A stretch of 64,000 nt of DNA. It comes from Patescibacteria group bacterium UBA1406. GTDB lineage: Bacteria; Patescibacteriota; Microgenomatia; UBA1406. Both the position numbers and the translations under genes were made by a program. The notes beneath the pieces were generated by a model. That model worked only from the letters and a program-made list of their open reading frames with translations, had not been told where the DNA came from and made no database searches. Position 1 is the stretch's first letter. Every line of letters begins with the position of its first letter. Of this stretch, positions 17,213-25,410 are shown piece after piece. The DNA is taken from assembly GCA_002305675.1 (NCBI GenBank), contig DBQA01000001.1, positions 189 to 64,188 of the forward strand, read 5' to 3'.

Positions 17213-18902
17213 AAGCAAAATATCGGCCGCCAAAGACGCCACGAACACCGGAGAGGTCATCGGCCACCGGGAGGAGGGGAGGGTATTCCTCAGGGCCGGC
17301 AAGCTGTATGCCCTCAAGCACAACATCCACCGTTATAACGGGGGCGAGGGGGTGAACCCGTGGGGGCGGGAGAACGGGGGTTACAAAGAGTCGGACCTGA
17401 TGGAGATAGGCTACCGGTTAAGCCCGTTTCCCACCCCCAGGGAGTCCCTGGACCTGAACGGCAGGGCGGTCACCGAATTAAAGGACGGCGCCATGCCTGA
17501 GTTCGCCACCGTGGGACTTGAGATCGAGGGGCCGGTCTATGACCGGACAGGGGAGTCGCTCATTTCTGTCTACGGCGACTGTGGGGTCGATGTGTTGAAA
17601 TACCCCCATCCCGAGCTCCTAAGTTTTTCCCTGGAAACGGCCACCGGCAAAAGCGGGGATCACTATCCCAGGACACCTGTCGAGATCGCAACCTCACTGG
17701 CGCAGACAGTTCTGGAAGGACAGCGGCTGGCCTCCCTCAAGGGCGGACGGGTCGTCTACACCTCGGTACCGGAGGGAGGTCACCATTCGCAGGCAGAAAT
17801 AACCCCCCATCCGTACCTGCTGTCCTTTGCCCCCAAGGTGCTCGGCTATACCTTGGAGAGGCAGGCCGATATCCCCGCCGAGGTCCTGGAAACATATGCC
17901 GGGGCGGGCGTGGACATCGTGCAGAGCCTGGCGGAAACGGGGACGCTTAATTGGCCGACCCACGCCCTCCATGTGCATACCGGTGTTCCTCTCATAGAGG
18001 GTCAGGCCGACCCCCGGACCGCTCTGGCTATGGGACAGCTCAGGCGGACGGAACTTGCCAAAGTGATGAGTTTCGCCCTGTACAACACGCGCCACCTGTA
18101 CGGTTACGACACGGGTGGGCGGGATGTCCGTTCGGTCATCCGCCGCCTCCTCGCGAGCGCCCACAGTTCACAGATCCCGGACCGGGCCATTATTTTCGTG
18201 AAAGAGGCCTTCCGGTCGCTGAAAGATGGGAGCATCCACTCCCTGCCGCGCTACCCCAGGGGCGGACAGCACGACGTGCTGCGGCTGAGGATGGATGGGG
18301 ATAAAAGGACCGTCGAGTCCATCGACGCACCCATGAACCCCGACCTGAGACTGGTGCTTTTCTGGACCTACTTCAACCAGGTTATGAACGTCATGGCGGT
18401 CGAGGCCATGGCCGCCACCGGAGGCGATGAGGCGGCCGTCCTGCCTTATTTGCAGACAAAGTGGGGTAGTCTTTTCCGGCCTATTTCCGCCCTGGGCCAG
18501 GACTCGAGCTATGAACATGACCTGGAGTTCAACCGCGCCGGGTTCGCGGGCGTGCTTTCCCGTTACGGGGCCGGAAACATTGGTCAGGTACTCAACCTGG
18601 CCGGAGCAGTGGTCGATCATTACGGCACCATGTATCCGGCAGTCAAAACACAGGCCGATATCATCGGCCAATGCCTGGACCGGGTCACATCCCGCGGGGA
18701 GGATAACGATCTCGTCGCGTATTTCGGCACGGAGAAGGGCTATTTCGAACCCAACGGCCTGAACCTGGGCCTGGTGACGGACCACAAAAAGGGTTTGGAC
18801 CCCAAGGAGCTCGTGCTTTCCCAGAACCTGGCTACTCTCTGCCAGGCGGAAGCTTTGGCCCACGTCCGTGACGAACAGGACCTGAGGGCCTTCTTTGCCT
18901 AA
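17202..18902 (+). CDS. GCS2/YbdK-superfamily carboxylate-amine ligase-like protein, paralog B
   Basis: 566 aa. EFATVGLEIEGPVYD resembles FTLGIELEMQVV. ALHVHTGVP resembles GQHVHVG. HDVLRLR...RTVESIDAP resembles HWDIRP...GTVEVRVMDTP of E. coli YbdK (recalled from memory). Confidence 0.8.
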   Translation: MNRESKISAAKDATNTGEVIGHREEGRVFLRAGKLYALKHNIHRYNGGEGVNPWGRENGGYKESDLMEIGYRLSPFPTPRESLDLNGRAVTELKDGAMPEFATVGLEIEGPVYDRTGESLISVYGDCGVDVLKYPHPELLSFSLETATGKSGDHYPRTPVEIATSLAQTVLEGQRLASLKGGRVVYTSVPEGGHHSQAEITPHPYLLSFAPKVLGYTLERQADIPAEVLETYAGAGVDIVQSLAETGTLNWPTHALHVHTGVPLIEGQADPRTALAMGQLRRTELAKVMSFALYNTRHLYGYDTGGRDVRSVIRRLLASAHSSQIPDRAIIFVKEAFRSLKDGSIHSLPRYPRGGQHDVLRLRMDGDKRTVESIDAPMNPDLRLVLFWTYFNQVMNVMAVEAMAATGGDEAAVLPYLQTKWGSLFRPISALGQDSSYEHDLEFNRAGFAGVLSRYGAGNIGQVLNLAGAVVDHYGTMYPAVKTQADIIGQCLDRVTSRGEDNDLVAYFGTEKGYFEPNGLNLGLVTDHKKGLDPKELVLSQNLATLCQAEALAHVRDEQDLRAFFA

Positions 18903-19537
18903 CTTTCCTTGATCAGGAGGCCGGAAACATCAAATCGGTACTCCTTCCTTTTCCGGTCGGTTTCATAATAGAGGATCAGGTGCTCAAGTCTGTCGGGCAT
19001 TCTCTCGACCGAGAACCTGGCAAAAAAGCGCTCTCCGGGCAATCTGGTCTCGCAAATGACCGTCCTATAGGCCGGCTCATGCATCAATCTTCCCGGATTT
19101 CGCCAAGAGCCCATGAAATAACCGGCCTCGGGCAGTTCGAAATAGGCATTAATATCATAAGGATAGGTTCCGAGACCTATCCGGACCGGAGGATAAGGCC
19201 AGGCCAGCTTCTGGGCGTCCTTCCCGATGCCCAATCGGTAAATTCCCCCGAGAGCCTGGTCTTCCGCTTCCCGGTACTGCGGTCTGCCTTTGCCACGGTA
19301 GAGTATGGCCACGTCCACCGCCTTGAACACATCGTTCGCCATGGCTGCATCCATATGGCGCTGCCTGTCCACGAACTCCAGAAGATTGAGCACCCTGTCG
19401 GGCATGGCCATCACCAAAGGCTCTCCGCCTGCCAGATAGAGGTCCGGGCCCATTTCATCCCTATAACGCCGGCTCAGGTCCCAATTGAAATCCTGTCCTT
19501 TCAGTCTTCTCTGGATATCCTTAAATATCTCTACCAT
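18899..19537 (-). CDS. Hypothetical protein
   Basis: 212-aa ORF. The stops overlap by 4 nt with paralog B (convergent). 7-nt overlap with the upstream gene. No recognisable motif. Confidence 0.65.
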   Translation of the reverse strand: MVEIFKDIQRRLKGQDFNWDLSRRYRDEMGPDLYLAGGEPLVMAMPDRVLNLLEFVDRQRHMDAAMANDVFKAVDVAILYRGKGRPQYREAEDQALGGIYRLGIGKDAQKLAWPYPPVRIGLGTYPYDINAYFELPEAGYFMGSWRNPGRLMHEPAYRTVICETRLPGERFFARFSVERMPDRLEHLILYYETDRKRKEYRFDVSGLLIKES

Positions 19538-20274
19538 TTGACGGTACGTTCGACTTCTCTCTGGCGGACCGGGTCACGGTAACAGACATCCATGTAGTTC
19601 TCCCCGGGGTGGATGTCCACCTGCCAGTCGAACCGCTCCCCATCCTCCGGACCTGCTGTCCGGTCGTGCACGGCCAGACGTCCGCTCAGATATAAAAGAC
19701 TGGGATAGGCAATGCCTTCGGCCAGGAAATGGGGCCGGCTGTACGCCAGTTCGACCAGATAGTCCGCCCGGTCGATGATGACCTCCGGACCGTTCATGTT
19801 ATATCCCTGGACCCAATTGTCGTTTCTGACCGCTCCCGTTCTGATGGTAAGCCCTAAAGGGCTTATTACCGGGCCACGGTCCGTCATGATGGTTTCCAGG
19901 GGGCGGCTGTCCATGGCGATGCTGCGCGTCAGGCGGGCGTCCATCTGGGGCATGTCGATAATGGTCGAGAGCGCCCTATCCGGATAGATTCCTGCCTTGT
20001 GGGGAAGATTAAGGCCCAATATCTCCACGCTTCTGGTCAGATTAAAGGGTCCATATCTCTCTTCATCGGCCAGAAGATCGGGATGGGAAGCGAGCCGTCT
20101 GGCCAACAGCATCTCGGCGGGCTGGTAGCGGTAATACCAGTGATTTGCGGCCACGAAAAACCGTCTGTCCACAAAAACATGCGGCCACAGCAGGCTGTTC
20201 GTCGCCGCCGCCCTTAGCGGATCCACCATCCGCACTTCGGGATCGTTCGACCAGCTTGGTATTTCTGTTTTCAT
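19531..20274 (-). CDS. Hypothetical protein
   Basis: 247-aa ORF, first gene of a two-gene minus-strand unit divergent from the M20 peptidase gene. No recognisable motif. Confidence 0.65.
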   Translation of the reverse strand: MKTEIPSWSNDPEVRMVDPLRAAATNSLLWPHVFVDRRFFVAANHWYYRYQPAEMLLARRLASHPDLLADEERYGPFNLTRSVEILGLNLPHKAGIYPDRALSTIIDMPQMDARLTRSIAMDSRPLETIMTDRGPVISPLGLTIRTGAVRNDNWVQGYNMNGPEVIIDRADYLVELAYSRPHFLAEGIAYPSLLYLSGRLAVHDRTAGPEDGERFDWQVDIHPGENYMDVCYRDPVRQREVERTVKW

Positions 20275-20322
20275 TAAATAGACCCCATTGTGTCATAAAT
20301 CTGTAAGAAAAATATATAAATC

Positions 20323-20331
20323 TGGTAAAAT
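20323..20331 (+). promoter_or_regulatory. Extended -10 box TGgTAAAAT, 6 nt before ATG 20338 (leaderless-type)
   Basis: The hexamer ends at 20331 and the ATG is at 20338. No Shine-Dalgarno sequence fits in the gap. Confidence 0.45.
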
Positions 20332-20337
20332 TAGCTA

Positions 20338-21411
20338 ATGTTGCCCCAGATCCTCAAACTAACCAAAGAGCTCATATCCATCAGATCGACCAAAGAGAAC
20401 CCGGCCCTGCTGAAGGAGGTCCTGGAGAGGGCCTTGGCCGAGGTGGGGGAATTTACAGTGGAGCGGTTCGAACGGAACGGCTGCCCCAGTGCGCTCGTGT
20501 ATTACGGAAGCCGTCGTCCAAAACGCTTCAAGATCATCCTCAACGGCCACCTGGACGTGGTCCCGGGCAGGGACGAGCAGTATCAACCTTTCGAGAAGGA
20601 CGGACGTCTCTACGGCCGGGGAGCGTCGGATATGAAGGCCTCCACCGCCGCCCTCCTGTACGTCTTCAAGAACATGGCCGCTAAAGTGGACTATCCCCTG
20701 GCTCTCCAACTGGTCACGGACGAGGAGATCGGCGGATATGACGGCACCAGATACCAGGCAGAGCAGGGGATACTGGCTGATTTCGTCATCGCCGGCGAGG
20801 GAACGGAGCTGAACATCAAGAACGAGACCAAGGGCGTTATCTGGCTGAAGATAAAAACCAAGGGCCGGACCGCGCACGGCGCCTATCTCTGGAAGGGGGA
20901 AAACGCCCTCTGGAAGCTCATGAGGATACTGGAAAGGCTCGAGGCCGAGTTCCCCGAGATCCACAAAGAGGCCTGGGCCACCACCGTCAACCTGGCTAAG
21001 GTGAGTTCGACCAATGAGACCTTCAACAAGGTTCCCGACCAGGCCGAGGCCTGGCTGGATGCCCGCTATATCGCCAGGGACAAGGAGAGTATTGTACCGG
21101 CCTTGAAAAAGATAGCCGGGAAAGAGGCGGAGCTCGACTTCTTGGAGAACGAACCCGAGCATTATACTGCCCCTGACAACCCCTTTATCCGGAAACTGGC
21201 GGACGCGGTCAACGGGCACTTCGGGAACGAGAAGGTAAAGCTTCTCAAGGGGCACGGCGCGTCCGATATCAGGCACTATTCGGCCATCGGGGTGGCCGGG
21301 GTGGAGTTCGGTCCGGTCGGAGCAGGTCTCCATACGGACAACGAGTGGGTGGATACCAAATTCCTGAGCGACTACTACGAAATACTGGCGTCTTTCCTCA
21401 AATCATTGTAG
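20338..21411 (+). CDS. M20-family metallopeptidase (ArgE/DapE/dipeptidase-like)
   Basis: 357 aa. NGHLDVVP, YGRGASDMK, DEEIGG and GTE motifs are typical of M20 zinc peptidases/deacylases. Confidence 0.8.
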   Translation: MLPQILKLTKELISIRSTKENPALLKEVLERALAEVGEFTVERFERNGCPSALVYYGSRRPKRFKIILNGHLDVVPGRDEQYQPFEKDGRLYGRGASDMKASTAALLYVFKNMAAKVDYPLALQLVTDEEIGGYDGTRYQAEQGILADFVIAGEGTELNIKNETKGVIWLKIKTKGRTAHGAYLWKGENALWKLMRILERLEAEFPEIHKEAWATTVNLAKVSSTNETFNKVPDQAEAWLDARYIARDKESIVPALKKIAGKEAELDFLENEPEHYTAPDNPFIRKLADAVNGHFGNEKVKLLKGHGASDIRHYSAIGVAGVEFGPVGAGLHTDNEWVDTKFLSDYYEILASFLKSL

Positions 21412-21514
21412 CCTATATTTTCGATATATCCGGACTCCACCGCATCCAGACATTATATTTCTTATTCCTTTGTATTTATACTATGAGTTTTATTTAAGTG
21501 TATAATTATATTGT

Positions 21515-22594
21515 TCAGTTCTTCACCAGCAGCTCGGCAGCTGCCCGCAGAATCTCATCCGGGGTAGGAAGGGGACAGGTTGAGGATGGTTCGATGAATT
21601 TCAGGACCTGGTTCGGGCTTCTTAGATCTTTCTCTACATCAAAATAAAGCACTTTGTGCCTGACCATCCAGGGCGTATGCTCCGGATTGGTGCGGGCATA
21701 CAGAGCCACGACGGGCGTGCCGACCGCGCTCGCGATGTGCATCGGTCCGGTATTGTTGGCTATCAGGAGAGGGGAGAGCTTGATCAGGGCCACGAGTTCC
21801 GAAAGGCTGAGCAGGCCGGCCAAAGAGATGATGTTCGTTCTGCTTTGCCGTTCTATCTCCCTTATGGTTGCACTCTCCGCCTCAAGGCCGGTCAGGCAGA
21901 TCTGATAGCCTAGTTTTTTCCTTATCAGACGGGCCGTCTCTGCGAACAATGCGGGCGGATAACGACGTTTCCGTTCGGAAACTCCCGGATGAATGACCAG
22001 CCAGCGTTTATCAAGATCCACGCCGCCCTCCTTAAGTTTCCGTTTCACTGCCTCCTCCGCTTCTTTGCCGGCCGTCAGCAATACCCGTCTGTCCCGGGCA
22101 GGAACCCCGACCGACCCCACCAGAGCGAGAAGACGCTCGACCGCGTGCCTTTGCAAGAAAAAGGGTTCCGGGTCCGGTACCCAGTCGGTCAAGAGCCGAT
22201 AAGGATTCTCCCGGACATAGGCGAGCCTCCTCGGAATACCGGCCAGATAACAGAGCATAACGGTGGGAAAGGCCGACTGGCTGAAGTTCGTGAATATGAC
22301 CGCCGCCTCGAACTTCTTTTTCCTGATAGCGTCGATCAAGCCCATCACCCCGGCCTCCGAGTCCCGCAACCCGTCGTTTTTGACCCAGGGGAGGGTGTAG
22401 GTGATAACTTCGTCCACTTCCGGCAGCATACGGGCGACGCCGCTGCCCATACGGGAGGTCAGAAGAGTGATCCTTCGTCCAGGACGGTCTTCCTTCAATG
22501 CCCTGATGGCCGGCTGAGCCATAAGCACGTCCCCCAGATTGTCCGGCCGGACACAGAGAATATGGTCCAAGTTCTTGAAACTGTCGCCATTCAT
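21515..22594 (-). CDS. Glycosyltransferase family 9 (heptosyltransferase-like)
   Basis: 359 aa. RPDNLGDVLMAQPAIRALK and NNTGPMHIASAVGTPVV are GT9 hallmarks. Confidence 0.8.
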   Translation of the reverse strand: MNGDSFKNLDHILCVRPDNLGDVLMAQPAIRALKEDRPGRRITLLTSRMGSGVARMLPEVDEVITYTLPWVKNDGLRDSEAGVMGLIDAIRKKKFEAAVIFTNFSQSAFPTVMLCYLAGIPRRLAYVRENPYRLLTDWVPDPEPFFLQRHAVERLLALVGSVGVPARDRRVLLTAGKEAEEAVKRKLKEGGVDLDKRWLVIHPGVSERKRRYPPALFAETARLIRKKLGYQICLTGLEAESATIREIERQSRTNIISLAGLLSLSELVALIKLSPLLIANNTGPMHIASAVGTPVVALYARTNPEHTPWMVRHKVLYFDVEKDLRSPNQVLKFIEPSSTCPLPTPDEILRAAAELLVKN

Positions 22595-22596
22595 GA

Positions 22597-24072
22597 TTAT
22601 CCGGCCTGCCCGGCAGCGAGTATCTTCCTGATGGTGTTGGTGGTCGATCTCTCCGGAATATAGGGCAGGATCTCCACTTTACCCCCTAACGCTTCGACCA
22701 CCGGCGTTTCGGGCAGTATCTCACGGCTATAGTCGCCCCCCTTGACGAAATAATCAGGCCTGACCTTCTTGATCAGGTTGACGGGTGTATCCTCGGCGAA
22801 GGGAACGATCAGATCCACTGCCGTGATGGCGGACAGAACCTTTATCCTCTCCTCCAGGCTGTTTATCGGCCGCGTCTCCCCCTTGAGCCGGCGGACGCTG
22901 GCGTCGGTGTTCAGGCCCACCACCAGCACATCTCCCAGGGATTTTGCCTTCTCCAGGTACCCGACATGCCCGCTGTGGAGAATGTCGAAACACCCGTTCG
23001 TGAAGACAATGCTTTGTCCGCTGGAGCGGTACTCTTTCAGTTTCTCCTGGAGATCCATGTCCCTCGCGATCGATTTGTTATTCGAAATCAGGTAGAGCTC
23101 CAGTTCCATTTTCGTGCATGTTGTTGTTCCATTCTTTTGTACTACCACTGCCGAGGCAGCGGAAGCCAGTTCCATCGCCATCTCACCTCCGGCCCCGGAT
23201 GCCATGGCCAACGCCAACGCGCTCGTAAAGGTGTCTCCCGCTCCAACGGCCTGCATGTTATCAAGCTGTCTGGCGTAAGTACGGTAGGGGACGGGCCTGC
23301 CTTTCTCAAACAGGAGTGCGCCGTCATGGTCCAGCGTTACCGCCGCCCGGCGGGCGCCGGTCAGCTTTAGGATGTCCCGGCCCTTATCCCAAAGCTGGGA
23401 AACCCTTTCCTCGCCGGCATAGCTTCTGGTCAATCCAAGGAGGGTCCTGATCTCCTCATAGTTAGGTTTCACTACCGCCGGCCGGAGTGGCCGGAACCTG
23501 TCCGGTTCTTTCGAGTCGACCACCAAGAGCCGCGGATTTTTGTCCTGCATTATTTTGATCTGTTGGATAAACGTGTCCGTCACCACCCCATAGCCATAGT
23601 CAGAGATGACTATTCCGTCCGCTTTCGCATATTTTTCGGCCAGCCACTCGATCAGGATACCCTCGGTAAATCCGTCCATTCTGTCTAGACCACCCCTGTC
23701 TATCCTCAGGAGAAGGTGGCCGTCGGTGGTGATCCTCTCTTTGGTAATAGTCTCCCGGCCATGGTGGCGGTGCAGCCCTTCCGTATCCACCCCGGCCGCC
23801 ATCAATAGCCTGGACAGGCCGTAACCCTCTCGGTCTTCCCCCACTACGGACAAAAGACTGGTGTTTGCGCCGAGAGCGGCGGCGTTGACGGCGGTATTGG
23901 CCGCTCCTCCCGCCCTGAGGAGGGTTTCTCCCGCCTCCACGATGGGGACGGGAGCTTCCCGACATAACCGGTGGACGGCCCCGTCCATATACACGTCCAG
24001 CATTGCGTCACCGACGACTATTACCTTCAATTCTCCGAATCTATTGATTATCCGTGACGGTTCCTGTGCCAT
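22597..24072 (-). CDS. hldE: Bifunctional D-beta-D-heptose 7-phosphate kinase / D-beta-D-heptose 1-phosphate adenylyltransferase
   Basis: N-terminal ribokinase-like domain (KVIVVGDAMLDVY, GAGDTF) plus C-terminal cytidylyltransferase domain (FTNGCFDILHSGHVGYL). The ORF extends to 24096; MAQEPSR at 24072 fits HldE N-termini better. Confidence 0.85.
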   Translation of the reverse strand: MAQEPSRIINRFGELKVIVVGDAMLDVYMDGAVHRLCREAPVPIVEAGETLLRAGGAANTAVNAAALGANTSLLSVVGEDREGYGLSRLLMAAGVDTEGLHRHHGRETITKERITTDGHLLLRIDRGGLDRMDGFTEGILIEWLAEKYAKADGIVISDYGYGVVTDTFIQQIKIMQDKNPRLLVVDSKEPDRFRPLRPAVVKPNYEEIRTLLGLTRSYAGEERVSQLWDKGRDILKLTGARRAAVTLDHDGALLFEKGRPVPYRTYARQLDNMQAVGAGDTFTSALALAMASGAGGEMAMELASAASAVVVQKNGTTTCTKMELELYLISNNKSIARDMDLQEKLKEYRSSGQSIVFTNGCFDILHSGHVGYLEKAKSLGDVLVVGLNTDASVRRLKGETRPINSLEERIKVLSAITAVDLIVPFAEDTPVNLIKKVRPDYFVKGGDYSREILPETPVVEALGGKVEILPYIPERSTTNTIRKILAAGQAG

Positions 24073-24688
24073 GGAGGTGCCCGTTCGGGCGGCCAACTGC
24101 TATTCTTCTGTCAGTTCCGATGATGTACCGCGCGGCCTGTTCCATATCCGAGGCGATCACTGTCGGTGTCCTCAGGCCGGAAAAGTTCCATTCCGATTCA
24201 TTCTCACCGTTGCTGATGAGTACCGTCCGACAGCCTGCCCTAACGCCCGCTTCCACATCGTTCAGAATATCACCGACCATCCAGGAGAAATTCAGGTCGG
24301 CCCTCAACTCCCTGGCCGCCTTTTTCAACATGCCCGGTTTGGGCTTGCGGCAAGAGCAGTGCAGGGCATAGTGTTCCAAAACGCCATTCGGATGGTGAGG
24401 GCAGTAATAGAAGCCGGACAGTTTGACCCCGTCTTCGAGTAGCATCTCCCTCAACTTCTCCTCGGCCTGAAGAAGGTGTTTCTCGCTGAACTTGCCATGG
24501 GCGACACCGGACTGGTTGGTAATGATGACCAATTGATAACCTTCCTCCATTAGGAGCCGCAGGCCGCTGGCAGTGTGCTCGCGCAGAATTATGAAGCGCG
24601 GGTCCACGTTGTAGGGAACGTTGTACACAAGCGTACCGTCCTTGTCCAGAAAGACCGTCTTCTTCGGTTTGCCATTACTTAAGGCCAT
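24041..24688 (-). CDS. gmhB: D-glycero-D-manno-heptose 1,7-bisphosphate phosphatase (HAD)
   Basis: VFLDKDGTLV (DxD motif), ITNQSG and CPHHP...CSCRKPKPGM are typical of GmhB / histidinol-phosphatase-type HADs. Confidence 0.8.
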   Translation of the reverse strand: MALSNGKPKKTVFLDKDGTLVYNVPYNVDPRFIILREHTASGLRLLMEEGYQLVIITNQSGVAHGKFSEKHLLQAEEKLREMLLEDGVKLSGFYYCPHHPNGVLEHYALHCSCRKPKPGMLKKAARELRADLNFSWMVGDILNDVEAGVRAGCRTVLISNGENESEWNFSGLRTPTVIASDMEQAARYIIGTDRRIAVGRPNGHLHGTGTVTDNQ

Positions 24689-25410
24689 GATGTCTCCAGC
24701 ATTGGTAAGACCATGATCTCGGCGATGTTCGTTTCGGGCGGAGAGGACAGCACAAATTTGATCGTCTCAGCGACATTCCTGGGGTCCTGCAATGTACTCG
24801 GGTCGGTGTCCGGAAAACGGCCCAGGATGAAGGGCGTCCTCATGCCTCCGGCAATGACGGCCGTAACCCTGATGTTCCTGCTTCTGCCCTCGGTCAGGAG
24901 GGCATGGGACAATCCCAGAAGCCCCCATTTGCTCGCATGGTAAGCGGCGGCGTTCTTCCAGGTCCGCTTGGCAGCCGTCGAGGTGATGTTCACGATATGG
25001 CCGGGTGCATCATGTTCTGCCGCCGCTTTGAAAAAGGCTCTCGACAGCACGAAGGGTCCCCTCAGATTTATCCGGAGCACTCTATCGAATTCTTCCACCG
25101 ACATCTCTTCCACGGACTTGGTGACGTCTATGCCGGCATTATTGATAAGTATGTCCAGTCGGCCGTATTTCTGTGATACCCTGTCCATTACCTCATCGAT
25201 ATTCTTCTCGCTTGCGATGTCGAGATACATGCCCTCTATCTTCCGTCCGGTCCCGCGGACTTTTGCCACCAGATGATCCATGTTCTTCTCGTTGATATCT
25301 CCGACCACCACCCTGGCACCGTTCTCCACCAGTATCCTGGCCGTGGCTTCGCCGAGCCCCTGTGCCCCTCCAGTGATCAGAATGACCTTATCGGTCAGCG
25401 GATTATCCAT
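24679..25410 (-). CDS. Classical short-chain dehydrogenase/reductase
   Basis: 243 aa. TGGAQGLG, NNAG and YHASK (YxxxK). Confidence 0.8.
   Translation of the reverse strand: MDNPLTDKVILITGGAQGLGEATARILVENGARVVVGDINEKNMDHLVAKVRGTGRKIEGMYLDIASEKNIDEVMDRVSQKYGRLDILINNAGIDVTKSVEEMSVEEFDRVLRINLRGPFVLSRAFFKAAAEHDAPGHIVNITSTAAKRTWKNAAAYHASKWGLLGLSHALLTEGRSRNIRVTAVIAGGMRTPFILGRFPDTDPSTLQDPRNVAETIKFVLSSPPETNIAEIMVLPMLETSWP

Noticed and set aside
15246-18902. Idea that the two ligase-like paralogs are a PafA/Dop pupylation pair
   Set aside because: Their motifs fit GCS2/YbdK (GLEIE, HVHTG) rather than PafA/Dop (GIETEF, GCHENY). No Pup-like small protein ending in GGQ/GGE and no proteasome genes are nearby. 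I kept the pair only as a precedent for ligase/hydrolase paralogy.
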